Source: a virus. Taken from it: a DNA stretch of 64,000 bases. The notes under the pieces are model-generated. The model ran no database searches and was not told the DNA's origin. It saw only the letters and a list, made by a program, of their open reading frames with translations. Made by a program: the position numbers and the translations under genes. The stretch spans positions 1-64,000 of the IMG/VR virus record IMGVR_UViG_3300042400_000421, one strand, 5' to 3'. How positions within the stretch are numbered: position 1 is the stretch's first letter; each line of letters opens with the position of its first letter. This document shows positions 1 through 8,209 of this stretch, in pieces.

Positions 1-611
1 TGGGGAAAAGTAGAGTATGTAATATTACACGGCATACCTTTATGGAAATCCTAACCATATTCTATATTTATTCCCTAATCTTTATCTAGCTCTACCTTTA
101 TGGGAGCATATAGGGTTAGCCAATACCTGATCTAATCTCCGGGGCTATGCAGAACCTAATTGACAACCTATACATAGGTATTACATCAGTGTAATTTGCA
201 TATTTATGACCTCAAAACACACACTAAAATTCTCACAAATAAAAACAGCTTCATTTATGAGCATTTTACTGCCTTTTTGATTCATTTAATAGACAAATAG
301 TCTATTTATTCGATAATTTATAACATTTATGCACCTTTATGGGGACTATATTAGTGTACTGTTATACATATGAACAAGCTTATCCACAACCTGTTGACAA
401 CTTTAAAGCCGGGTTATAAGTCTTATTGTTTCCCCTAGATAGATAGATACCCTTACTAATAGCTTTCCCGCACACATTTGAGCGCGCTTTATAGGATCGC
501 TATACATATTCTGGGATATCTCCAAATAAGTTCCTTTTAGATATCTCGTATCTAATTAAAGGAAGTTATCTTGAAGAGATACTTCTATCTAAGGTCTATC
601 TAGGACTCTAT
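1..611. other. AT-rich largely non-coding region, candidate replication origin/regulatory region
   Basis: No ORF >=60 aa; contains a perfect DnaA box (380-388), three ACCTTTATGG copies and short palindromes. Confidence 0.4.
380..400. promoter_or_regulatory. DnaA box pair
   Basis: TTATCCACA at 380-388 (perfect consensus) and inverted TGTTGACAA at 392-400 (one mismatch to actinobacterial TTGTCCACA). Confidence 0.5.
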
Positions 612-818
612 CTACCTATCTATTCTTCTATCTGTATTAGAACCCTTCAGCCCGAATTTTTCAATGTTTTCTATTAGGGTATTGGTTTCCTGTTCCTTAT
701 CCTGTTTGATAGTCTCTACAACCCCTTGAAGGAATGATTTTTTAAATATCATTTTCAGCTGCCTATTGGCTTGCCAAATGATAATCCGGTTCCTTATCTT
801 TCTCATACCTAAAACCAA
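612..818 (-). CDS. hypothetical protein (doubtful)
   Basis: 68-aa ORF with no recognisable motif, in a poorly coding region. Confidence 0.3.
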   Translation of the reverse strand: MVLGMRKIRNRIIIWQANRQLKMIFKKSFLQGVVETIKQDKEQETNTLIENIEKFGLKGSNTDRRIDR

Positions 819-982
819 CCTATAACCTTTTCTATGGCATCTAATACTAGAAATAATACCCCGAAACCGACCAACAAAAGAAATAGCATATCCCCCAAGT
901 TATCATCGTCATTTAGTGAAGTAATAGCCTTACGAGTTACATATAGTAATATCAAGCATAAAAACTCTAAAATTAACATACC

Positions 983-1159
983 TTAAACCCGACCTTTCTT
1001 GTTATTGAATATCCCATCAATCATGTCCATAAAAGCCTCTTGATATCCTGGTCTATAAGTCATCTCAATTGGTTCTTCTTTTCCTTCGCAATCATGCCCA
1101 TAATTGGTTTCCTCAATGGATAGCCAATTCTCGCACTCTTCACACTTCATTTCTATCAT
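983..1159 (-). CDS. small Cys/His zinc-finger-like protein
   Basis: MIEMKCEEC...GHDC; start reassigned to ATG 1159, overlapping the upstream stop (TAATG). Confidence 0.6.
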   Translation of the reverse strand: MIEMKCEECENWLSIEETNYGHDCEGKEEPIEMTYRPGYQEAFMDMIDGIFNNKKGRV

Positions 1160-1326
1160 TATATTTCTCTTCCTTTTTCTATTAATTCCTTGATACTGGA
1201 TAGTATCTTTTTTGGCCACTTTTGACCAACCTTAATGTCCACAATAATGTCCACATCTTTTCCACAACTATGTGTGGATAATTCCTCAAACGAATAAGGC
1301 TCTAAACAGTTGAGACAATATCTCAT
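1159..1326 (-). CDS. 55-aa zinc-finger-like protein (not in ORF track)
   Basis: Manual translation MRYCLNCLEPYSFEELSTHSCGKDVDIIVDIKVGQKWPKKILSSIKELIEKGREI*; coupled to the next gene by TAATG. Confidence 0.55.
   Translation of the reverse strand: MRYCLNCLEPYSFEELSTHSCGKDVDIIVDIKVGQKWPKKILSSIKELIEKGREI
1235..1281. promoter_or_regulatory. array of four DnaA-box-like 9-mers
   Basis: ATGTCCACA 1235-1243, ATGTCCACA 1247-1255, TTTTCCACA 1258-1266, perfect inverted TGTGGATAA 1273-1281. Confidence 0.6.
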
Positions 1327-1554
1327 TCCATATACCATCGTCTATTCCAACCCATTCCTTTTCTTTGATAAAATCGTACCTTTATGGGGGGTGCAAAACC
1401 CTCCCCTATTCTTTGCTGAGAGATAACTCTAAGGCAATCTCACGACTTTTAAGAATAGAAAAGGGTCTTGAAAGCCCAACTAATTTCTTTACAATTAATG
1501 CAGCTTATTGAAAATTATCCTAAGTATTATTTATACTCACCCTTGGGGCAATTC

Positions 1555-1827
1555 TTAGGCTGTTTTTCCTTCTGCAATCATAGCATCATCCAATGGCGAA
1601 ACAATAATTGATTCACCTTTTGAAGTCAATCCAAAAAGACATCCGGCATTATTTCCTTCAGGATCAGAAGAAGCATAAATCTTACTTCCATCGTCAAAGA
1701 TAATCATAACTGGATACCCGCCATAATAATTTTCCCAACCCTCAGCTTCAAGTTCAAGATTATTCATCATCCTGACTTCTTTAACTTTTAATCCAATTGG
1801 GTAGGCTACTTGCTGTGTTTTACTCAT
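1555..1827 (-). CDS. hypothetical phage protein
   Basis: Start MSKTQQ after AAGGA; IYASSDPEGNNAGCLF motif. Confidence 0.7.
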   Translation of the reverse strand: MSKTQQVAYPIGLKVKEVRMMNNLELEAEGWENYYGGYPVMIIFDDGSKIYASSDPEGNNAGCLFGLTSKGESIIVSPLDDAMIAEGKTA

Positions 1828-1828
1828 T

Positions 1829-2338
1829 TTATTCCTTTTCTGTATTTGGTTCGTAATCTCCGTATTTGTCAAAGAATACATTTAATCTTGATAATTCTAC
1901 TTCCCATTGTTCTGGGCAATTGCCATCGTGAATGTTCTGTAATTTCTTCAACATCATATAAGAATTATCTGTCAATTTCCAAGCAGGATTTGATTTAATA
2001 ACAGAATCCCAAATTTCTTGATTAGGTTCAATTGTTTTACCTTCAAATTCTCGATCATAAAATTGATCTAAAATCAAACAGCCAACTGCACATTTAGCGT
2101 CAGAAGCAGTTTCAGCCAATATATCATAAAATATATCGAACTCATAATCTTCACTATGGCTATTAGGATTTTGTTCTCTATAAGAATCTATAGCCTGTTC
2201 TCTTACATCATCTAAAGTTGTAGAAAGATACCCACGATATTGACAATCCTCAGTATCACTCCACGCTTTAGCATTTTGTGTTAGCAAATGCTCTTTAACA
2301 AATACAAATGCTTCATAATCATTTGTAATTAACGACAT
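1829..2338 (-). CDS. hypothetical phage protein
   Basis: 169 aa, CQYRG...KCAVGCLI...LQNIHD motif; coupled to neighbours. Confidence 0.75.
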   Translation of the reverse strand: MSLITNDYEAFVFVKEHLLTQNAKAWSDTEDCQYRGYLSTTLDDVREQAIDSYREQNPNSHSEDYEFDIFYDILAETASDAKCAVGCLILDQFYDREFEGKTIEPNQEIWDSVIKSNPAWKLTDNSYMMLKKLQNIHDGNCPEQWEVELSRLNVFFDKYGDYEPNTEKE

Positions 2339-2532
2339 TATTCTTCCTCCTCATCGTCTTCAATTACTTCCCCTTCAATAACACTGAAAAGACCATTTAA
2401 ATACCCTTTCAATTGGTTAGGGCTAATCCCCCTCAATTCAGATTCAATCTGGTTAATAATAAACTCAGTCATATCCTTACTTTCAGGAATTTGGGCAATA
2501 TAGCGCCCAACTACATAATATTCTTTTAGCAT
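2338..2532 (-). CDS. hypothetical protein
   Basis: 64-aa ORF in tightly packed early operon. Confidence 0.65.
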   Translation of the reverse strand: MLKEYYVVGRYIAQIPESKDMTEFIINQIESELRGISPNQLKGYLNGLFSVIEGEVIEDDEEEE

Positions 2533-2546
2533 TTGTTTTCTTTCTT

Positions 2547-2756
2547 TTATTGAGGTTTAGGGATGCAGGTTCGTGAACAATATAATGTATTCAACTCTTC
2601 ATAGATAATACCTTTTATAAGCGTTCTAGAACAAATTGGGCAAGTAAAAGGTGGAGCTGTTTTTGAACCAAAATACTTGACTGCTTTGCCAAGTAAAACC
2701 TTCTCCTTCACAGTCATAGTTGTTATATTCTTTTTTGCTGGCTTTTTTGCGGCCAT
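2547..2756 (-). CDS. small zinc-finger protein
   Basis: CPIC...YCSRTC. Confidence 0.7.
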   Translation of the reverse strand: MAAKKPAKKNITTMTVKEKVLLGKAVKYFGSKTAPPFTCPICSRTLIKGIIYEELNTLYCSRTCIPKPQ

Positions 2757-2757
2757 A

Positions 2758-3249
2758 TTATTCTCCTATTTTTTCTGGATTGTTGAATGAGTCTTCAAAC
2801 TCTTGTTTTGCTTTCCTCAAAAATGCTTTAATTTCATTTTCTGAAACTAGATTATCTCTGTAATGACGAGCATGTTCTTGGATGTATTGCTTAGCGATTC
2901 TCTTAACCCAAACCGACTCTGATTCAGTAGAAACATTTGTTCCTAATCCAAAATGCTTTACAACAACTTGAGGCGTAAGATATGTATAAACAACTTCTTC
3001 ACCATCCCAAACGCTATATAGATGAAAATTATCGTACTTTTCAAAGAACTTCCATCTTGCATAATAGTCTGGAGCCGATTTATAAGTAATAGAACCAACA
3101 CCTAATGCCATAGAACCAAAGATTAATGATTTTGTTTCTACATTTACATCTTCATGTTCACCCGGTTTACCTTCATTTACCTTTGTCCAAAGCTCATCTG
3201 GATGATCTTTGAAATACTTTACTTTTTCTGTTGACCAATTAAGGCTCAT
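2758..3249 (-). CDS. hypothetical protein
   Basis: Start reassigned to MSLNWS (ATGA overlap with upstream micro-ORF). Confidence 0.7.
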   Translation of the reverse strand: MSLNWSTEKVKYFKDHPDELWTKVNEGKPGEHEDVNVETKSLIFGSMALGVGSITYKSAPDYYARWKFFEKYDNFHLYSVWDGEEVVYTYLTPQVVVKHFGLGTNVSTESESVWVKRIAKQYIQEHARHYRDNLVSENEIKAFLRKAKQEFEDSFNNPEKIGE

Positions 3250-3404
3250 TTTATTTCCTTTGTTTCTGTTTCTTTTATTTGATAAGCATGATCCATACCA
3301 CAATCGCGGCATTTATAATAAAATAATCTTCCAAGCCTGCCTAATGGCATTGCTTGACCATCACACATAGTGCAATAGATTCCTGATTCATACGGCTCTT
3401 CCAT
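3246..3404 (-). CDS. 52-aa zinc-ribbon protein (not in ORF track)
   Basis: MEEPYESGIYCTMCDGQAMPLGRLGRLFYYKCRDCGMDH...; overlaps both neighbours at stop/start. Confidence 0.65.
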   Translation of the reverse strand: MEEPYESGIYCTMCDGQAMPLGRLGRLFYYKCRDCGMDHAYQIKETETKEIK

Positions 3405-3742
3405 TACTTGCTCGTATACTTTTTTAAATCATCAAGCAATTCTTGAGGATAATCTGTATCATTCCCCTCATCGTCTACTTGCCCAAAAAATACAACATTG
3501 CCAGCAATATAATCCCCAATAAGGATTCTTTGTCCTGAGTCATACCATAAGTCAGTAGCAATCTTATTTTGCTCCAATTTAACCATTTTCCCTTGGTCAT
3601 TGCAATAACAAAAGTATGGCTTGTCTCCAAAGCTAATTGGTTCAATATATCCATCCACAATGTACTGCAATTCTTTGTAGCCATTTCCATATTCATATTC
3701 TTCAATTAGCCCATCAAAGCTAACAATCAATGCCTTAGTCAT
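3404..3742 (-). CDS. DUF3846-like protein
   Basis: LQYIVDGYIEPI...CNDQGKM..LEQNKIAT...DYIAGNVVF pattern. Confidence 0.75.
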   Translation of the reverse strand: MTKALIVSFDGLIEEYEYGNGYKELQYIVDGYIEPISFGDKPYFCYCNDQGKMVKLEQNKIATDLWYDSGQRILIGDYIAGNVVFFGQVDDEGNDTDYPQELLDDLKKYTSK

Positions 3743-4139
3743 TATATTCTCCTTTTAAAATATATTCTTTAACTAACTCAATCATTTTGTCGAGATTATC
3801 GTCAATAATACCTAAATCGTCATAAGTTTCATGACCGGCTACTTCATCATAATTATTAGTAATATCATAAGCTGCAAACCAAGGTGTATCGTCAAAGTTA
3901 TCTGGATTTAATTTCTTTAAATCAGCATCAGTTTTAATGCCATTATTTAATAAATCCCAAAAGTCTTTCATGACGATATCTTTATATCTAATCGTCATCT
4001 CCCCATCACAGGAAATTAAAACTTTTCTTTCATTCCCAGTTATAATACAAACTGGGGTGTGATGATAACCTTCACAATAGAACATATCCGTTCTTTGTTT
4101 TGGTTCATTTTCTGTAAACCACTCAATATTAAATTCCAT
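3735..4139 (-). CDS. hypothetical protein
   Basis: 134-aa acidic ORF, coupled. Confidence 0.7.
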   Translation of the reverse strand: MEFNIEWFTENEPKQRTDMFYCEGYHHTPVCIITGNERKVLISCDGEMTIRYKDIVMKDFWDLLNNGIKTDADLKKLNPDNFDDTPWFAAYDITNNYDEVAGHETYDDLGIIDDNLDKMIELVKEYILKGEYND

Positions 4140-4570
4140 TAGTATAATCCCAATTCTTGTCTTTCTTCTTCTGTTATATTTATTAATAAAGTTTTACTCC
4201 CCATTGGGGCATCGTGATGTGAAAGAGAATATTCAATTTTATTTTTATATACACTTCCACGCATAATCCAACCACTGCGAACAGTCATACCTTCAACCAA
4301 TTGTTCAATACTTTCGGCATAAAATAAACCACTATGATTACCATCCCATAGTTTTAAGTTTGATACTTTCCACCAAGATGTTTCACTATTGTCAAATAGT
4401 TCTTTTGTAGCCATAGTAAAATAGTCCAACTGATCATTAAAGCAATCTCCATAGCAATCTGATGAAGAAGTAAATGATTCAGTTTCTTCATTATAATCTT
4501 GACAAATACATTCGTTTGTTAATTCAAATGGAAATCCAATTATTTCTTCTTCATTAATCTTCGTTGACAT
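4139..4570 (-). CDS. hypothetical phage protein
   Basis: Cys cluster and SHHDAPMG motif. Confidence 0.7.
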   Translation of the reverse strand: MSTKINEEEIIGFPFELTNECICQDYNEETESFTSSSDCYGDCFNDQLDYFTMATKELFDNSETSWWKVSNLKLWDGNHSGLFYAESIEQLVEGMTVRSGWIMRGSVYKNKIEYSLSHHDAPMGSKTLLINITEEERQELGLY

Positions 4571-4751
4571 AAATCTCTACCCATTCTCCTTCGTCTGGTA
4601 AATTACAATTCTTATCTTCAAAAATATCTAAGGTCGATTTATGACCCCAGCCATTCTCATTACTCCACCATTGACTTTCCCAATACCCTGGGGTATTTGG
4701 CAATGCTAATAATGGAGTTCCAATAAGATGTATTCCGTAGTTAATTCTCAC
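4554..4751 (-). CDS. hypothetical protein
   Basis: Trp-rich WWSNENGWG; coupled. Confidence 0.6.
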   Translation of the reverse strand: MRINYGIHLIGTPLLALPNTPGYWESQWWSNENGWGHKSTLDIFEDKNCNLPDEGEWVEIYVNED

Positions 4752-4951
4752 TTTTTATTCCCTTCTATAGTTGGATTATATCCTTCTACAGATTTAATTC
4801 CATAGTGAACTTCTCCACTACCTAAAACAGATTCACTATTTCTACCTAACAATGCTTCATAAACCATATCTTGGGCTTCTCCGTGACTCATTGCTTCAAC
4901 AAAATATGTACCTGTTGCTGTAACTGTAAACATTTGCATTTTTCTCTGCAT
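4748..4951 (-). CDS. hypothetical protein
   Basis: VEAMSHGEA motif; coupled. Confidence 0.6.
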   Translation of the reverse strand: MQRKMQMFTVTATGTYFVEAMSHGEAQDMVYEALLGRNSESVLGSGEVHYGIKSVEGYNPTIEGNKK

Positions 4952-5208
4952 TAATATTCCTCTCCATTTTCATCCATAAAGATAAGATCATTCATATCTG
5001 CTTTGTGACCCCATCCACAACTAAAATCATCATTTGCATAATGATGAATCATTTCAATAATGTCATCTAAGCCGACTTCAATATCATTACCAGTAGATCT
5101 ATTGTCTTCTAGTATCTGATTGTAAATATGCTCTGTCTCGTATGTAATTGTTTTAATTACATTGATTCTTGTAGGCCATTCTTCATTAAATTCTTTGGTC
5201 ATTATCAA
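4951..5208 (-). CDS. hypothetical protein
   Basis: 85 aa, coupled. Confidence 0.65.
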   Translation of the reverse strand: MIMTKEFNEEWPTRINVIKTITYETEHIYNQILEDNRSTGNDIEVGLDDIIEMIHHYANDDFSCGWGHKADMNDLIFMDENGEEY

Positions 5209-5489
5209 TCCTTTACTTTAAATAGGTAATCTATTTTTTCAGTCCAAGTTGCAATAAAATCTTGTTTGTTATCCTCAGTCTTAAAAGATTGAAGATTAGC
5301 CATATTATTGACTTCAAGTTTTAGAGTAGCAATATCATCAGCAGACCATTCTCTGCTTTTAGCAAAATGTTTTATTTCACTCATTGATGCTTCGCCTCTT
5401 TTCCATACTGAATAATCATCTGAGTAATTGTAATACCAATCTACTTTTCTAATCTTCCATATAATCTCTTGTGCTTCTATTGAATTCAT
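5205..5489 (-). CDS. hypothetical phage protein
   Basis: DWYYNYSDDYSVWKRG motif. Confidence 0.7.
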   Translation of the reverse strand: MNSIEAQEIIWKIRKVDWYYNYSDDYSVWKRGEASMSEIKHFAKSREWSADDIATLKLEVNNMANLQSFKTEDNKQDFIATWTEKIDYLFKVKD

Positions 5490-5668
5490 TTTTTTATCTC
5501 CTGTGCTTCATAAAAATCAAACTCTTGATAGATATCATCTGGCTCACCAAATTCACCACTCAAAAGTCCTTCATCTAATTTTTCAATTGCTTCTTTTTCT
5601 GTTTCAGCTTCAACATCATACATTTCTGCATAATGATAAAACTTAGTTACTATGAATTGTTTCTTCAT
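5486..5668 (-). CDS. small acidic protein (DpnD/PcfM-like VEAExxxEA motif)
   Basis: YDVEAETEKEAIEK. Confidence 0.55.
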   Translation of the reverse strand: MKKQFIVTKFYHYAEMYDVEAETEKEAIEKLDEGLLSGEFGEPDDIYQEFDFYEAQEIKK

Positions 5669-5871
5669 TGGGTTTTCCTATACTCAGATACAGGCAACAA
5701 TCTGTGACCTGTATTCTTATCTAGACTCTTATAATATTCTTCCCATTTAAAATCATAACCGGCTCTTTCAATAATCTCGATTACTTCATCAAGGCATTCT
5801 CCATCTGTATAATCTTCTCCTGGCAATTGAATTGCCTGAATGATTAACTTAACCATTTTACTTTTTCTCAT
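5665..5871 (-). CDS. hypothetical protein
   Basis: TDGECLDEV motif; coupled. Confidence 0.65.
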   Translation of the reverse strand: MRKSKMVKLIIQAIQLPGEDYTDGECLDEVIEIIERAGYDFKWEEYYKSLDKNTGHRLLPVSEYRKTQ

Positions 5872-6115
5872 TATTTTCCAATACTCTAGATGTTGCTAGA
5901 TTTGCAAATGCTATTGAAAGCTGAGCGTGAATCTGAGCTTCAATCAACCCAAAAGGAGTTGTGTTATAAAATACTCCTTTTTCTGGTTTTTGCGAAAGCA
6001 TTAACTGACTTGCACAATCTGCGTGAAAGATAGCCAATGCTTCATAATTTTCTGTTTCAATATATTGATCTTGTACTTCAATATCATCAATTGACCAACT
6101 TAGTGCTTTTCTCAT
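5858..6115 (-). CDS. hypothetical protein
   Basis: Start reassigned to MRKALSW after AAGGA. Confidence 0.6.
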   Translation of the reverse strand: MRKALSWSIDDIEVQDQYIETENYEALAIFHADCASQLMLSQKPEKGVFYNTTPFGLIEAQIHAQLSIAFANLATSRVLENNEKK

Positions 6116-6131
6116 ATTTATTTCCTTTTTG

Positions 6132-6590
6132 TTAGAACTGTCTGGTATCAAAATCATCTGTTGGATGTAATACCAATGTAAAGATACCCTCGGAAGGTAA
6201 ATCTACTTCTTTTACATTAATCCACCAATCATTTTTCTGATCACTGATTACAATTTGAACATCATCTTCAAGTACTGATAGAATCTGTTTCAAATCTTTT
6301 ACAGTAACTGTTGGGTTAAAGTTTGTTGTTTTAGTTTCAAACTTTTCAGTCATTACTGACAACCAGTCAAAGTATTCTGCAATCCATTCATCAAACGACA
6401 ATGGGAATGGGCAATTAACTGATGTTTCTCCATTATCTTCATGTGATAAATTTTCCCAAGCCATAGCCAAAGAAATAAACGGTTTCCATAGCGCACTAGC
6501 AGCTTCTATGAATTTCTTTCTTGTATTATAACTCTCATTGAAGAATGTCATTTCTTCTTCTGATACTAATCTATTTGGTTTTCTTTCCAT
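6132..6590 (-). CDS. hypothetical protein
   Basis: 152 aa; C-terminal TVKDLKQILSVLEDDVQIVI module. Confidence 0.7.
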   Translation of the reverse strand: MERKPNRLVSEEEMTFFNESYNTRKKFIEAASALWKPFISLAMAWENLSHEDNGETSVNCPFPLSFDEWIAEYFDWLSVMTEKFETKTTNFNPTVTVKDLKQILSVLEDDVQIVISDQKNDWWINVKEVDLPSEGIFTLVLHPTDDFDTRQF

Positions 6591-6617
6591 TACTATCCTT
6601 TTTGTTTTTGGGTATAG

Positions 6618-6673
6618 AAAAAGAGATTAAGCATAGGAAGGAATATCCAGTAACGACCTATACTTAATCTCTT
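6618..6673 (-). terminator. long hairpin/terminator after tRNA-Arg
   Basis: 17-bp arms 6621-6637 / 6657-6673 (one G-U pair) followed by a T run on the minus strand. Confidence 0.55.
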
Positions 6674-6675
6674 AG

Positions 6676-6747
6676 TGCTTCCATTAGGATTCGAACCTAA
6701 AATAACGGATTAGAAGTCCGTAGTTATATCCCTTTAACTATAGAAGC
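6676..6747 (-). tRNA. tRNA-Arg(UCU)
   Basis: Acceptor GCTTCTA/TGGAAGC, anticodon arm ACGGA-CTTCTAA-TCCGT, T arm TTAGG-TTCGAAT-CCTAA. Confidence 0.92.
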
Positions 6748-6827
6748 GTGGTAACATATTGATTGTTTTTATTCACACATATGTTAGGCATGAGGTTTTA
6801 CGGTAACAATCAACCGTTGCTTATTGC

Positions 6828-7478
6828 TTACTTATACTTTTCGTATTCAGCAATTAGATATTTTCTGTACTTGCTCATAAACTTATTGTAAACGGAATCT
6901 GTATATGGTCCGAAATAACCATCTACAAACTTAACGCCAATAATTTTCTGTATACCAAATACATGCTTACTTCTTTCGCCAAGATGATATTCACGAAGAA
7001 GCGTTTTTGCAGGGAATTTTTTAAACAAAACTGGATTTCCAACATTCTTTTTACATCCCCAGCCACCAAAGCCAACTGGTTCTCTAAAGAATGGTTTATT
7101 GTTTTGTCTATCCTCAAATGTACGGAATTCATTTTTGGTTTGATAACCCTGAGTTGAAATCCTATTAGCAATAATAATTTGCTCATCTATTGTTGCTAAT
7201 TCTGGTTTTGATGCAAATTCTAATCCACCAAAACCTTTCCAAGTTTGTTTATAAATACCCAAACCCCCAGACCATTGCCCAGTATCTTTCCAATCGCCAC
7301 CAGTTTCACATTGTGCCATTCTATGCCAATATAAATCTAAAGCTCTTGCTTTACCATTTTCGCTAAATGCGAGTTTTGGTTCTACTACAACATTTTTTGC
7401 TGACGCATTGGTAGTTGTAACACCAATTAATAATGCTGTACATAACAGCATGTTTGTAATTTTCTTTTTAGTTTTCAT
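6828..7478 (-). CDS. Rpf-like (resuscitation-promoting factor) transglycosylase with signal peptide and C-terminal peptidoglycan-binding-like segment
   Basis: WHRMAQCETGGDW...GGLGIYKQTWKGFGG...ATIDEQIIIANRI is the Rpf catalytic signature; signal ending ASA; VDGYFGPYT. Confidence 0.85.
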   Translation of the reverse strand: MKTKKKITNMLLCTALLIGVTTTNASAKNVVVEPKLAFSENGKARALDLYWHRMAQCETGGDWKDTGQWSGGLGIYKQTWKGFGGLEFASKPELATIDEQIIIANRISTQGYQTKNEFRTFEDRQNNKPFFREPVGFGGWGCKKNVGNPVLFKKFPAKTLLREYHLGERSKHVFGIQKIIGVKFVDGYFGPYTDSVYNKFMSKYRKYLIAEYEKYK

Positions 7479-7658
7479 TTTCGCTCCTTAAAACTTTTGG
7501 TTTTACATAGGGCTAATTTGTGTCTACAAACACATTAATCCTAAGTATTAGCATTTTGCTAAGGTTGCAAAACAAGATCACTGCAAAATTTTATAATGCT
7601 ACTTGTTCTACATGTTTATATTAATAGGCACCACCTCCTTAAAAAATGGATAAATACA

Positions 7659-7667
7659 ATTATATCA
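7659..7667 (-). promoter_or_regulatory. extended -10 promoter for the Rpf-like gene
   Basis: TGA-TATAAT on the minus strand. Confidence 0.5.
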
Positions 7668-7682
7668 CTTAATATAATTTAG

Positions 7683-7756
7683 TACCGAATATGGGAATTG
7701 AACCCATTCAGGAAACTTATAAGATTTCTTCCGTCAAACCGTTCGGACCATTCGGT
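7683..7756 (-). tRNA. tRNA-Ile(UAU)
   Basis: Acceptor ACCGAAT/ATTCGGT, D stem TCCG/CGGA, anticodon arm GAAAT-CTTATAA-GTTTC, T arm ATGGG-TTCAATT-CCCAT; G rather than U at position 8. Confidence 0.8.
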
Positions 7757-7768
7757 AAATTTAATTAA

Positions 7769-8149
7769 CTAATTATCACTAGGTTTTTCATTAAATAAAT
7801 CTTCAATCTCTTTAAGTTCTAATAGAATCTTATCTAATACGCCTTTTGCTTTACTAACATTGAGTAATGGATTATCGAGCAAATGCTCTCTAGCAATTGC
7901 ATAATCCATAGCATAATCGCTTAGTATTCTTTCAACTGGAACATCACTTGCTTCTGATACTAGTCTAATAAAAGAACCTAAGTGATACAAAAGGCCATAG
8001 ATTAATCCCGGTAAAAAGATTTCATCAGACTCTTTGCCTTCATTTTTAAACGATTCTAGAACCATTTGCATAGAAGCAATGTCTTCAATTAGGTAAGATG
8101 AAAATATCTGAATTGCATAATCTGTGTATAAATCCTGTCTTTCTGTCAT
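7769..8149 (-). CDS. hypothetical protein
   Basis: 126-aa helical ORF. Confidence 0.7.
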   Translation of the reverse strand: MTERQDLYTDYAIQIFSSYLIEDIASMQMVLESFKNEGKESDEIFLPGLIYGLLYHLGSFIRLVSEASDVPVERILSDYAMDYAIAREHLLDNPLLNVSKAKGVLDKILLELKEIEDLFNEKPSDN

Positions 8150-8209
8150 TTTCTAATACTTCTCCAAACCATGAATATAGCAGCTATTGTATAAACAAGA
8201 AAGAATACA

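Noticed and set aside
436-449. TAGA microsatellite
   Set aside because: Only about three units; expected by chance in AT-rich DNA
7608-7640. Type I toxin gene behind AAGGAGGTGGTGCCT
   Set aside because: ORF stops after 7 codons; no hydrophobic peptide encoded
7479-7660. c-di-AMP (ydaO) riboswitch upstream of the Rpf-like gene
   Set aside because: Conserved GCTGAATCC/GGAAC/GGGG and CCCGAA...GCTAAC elements are absent
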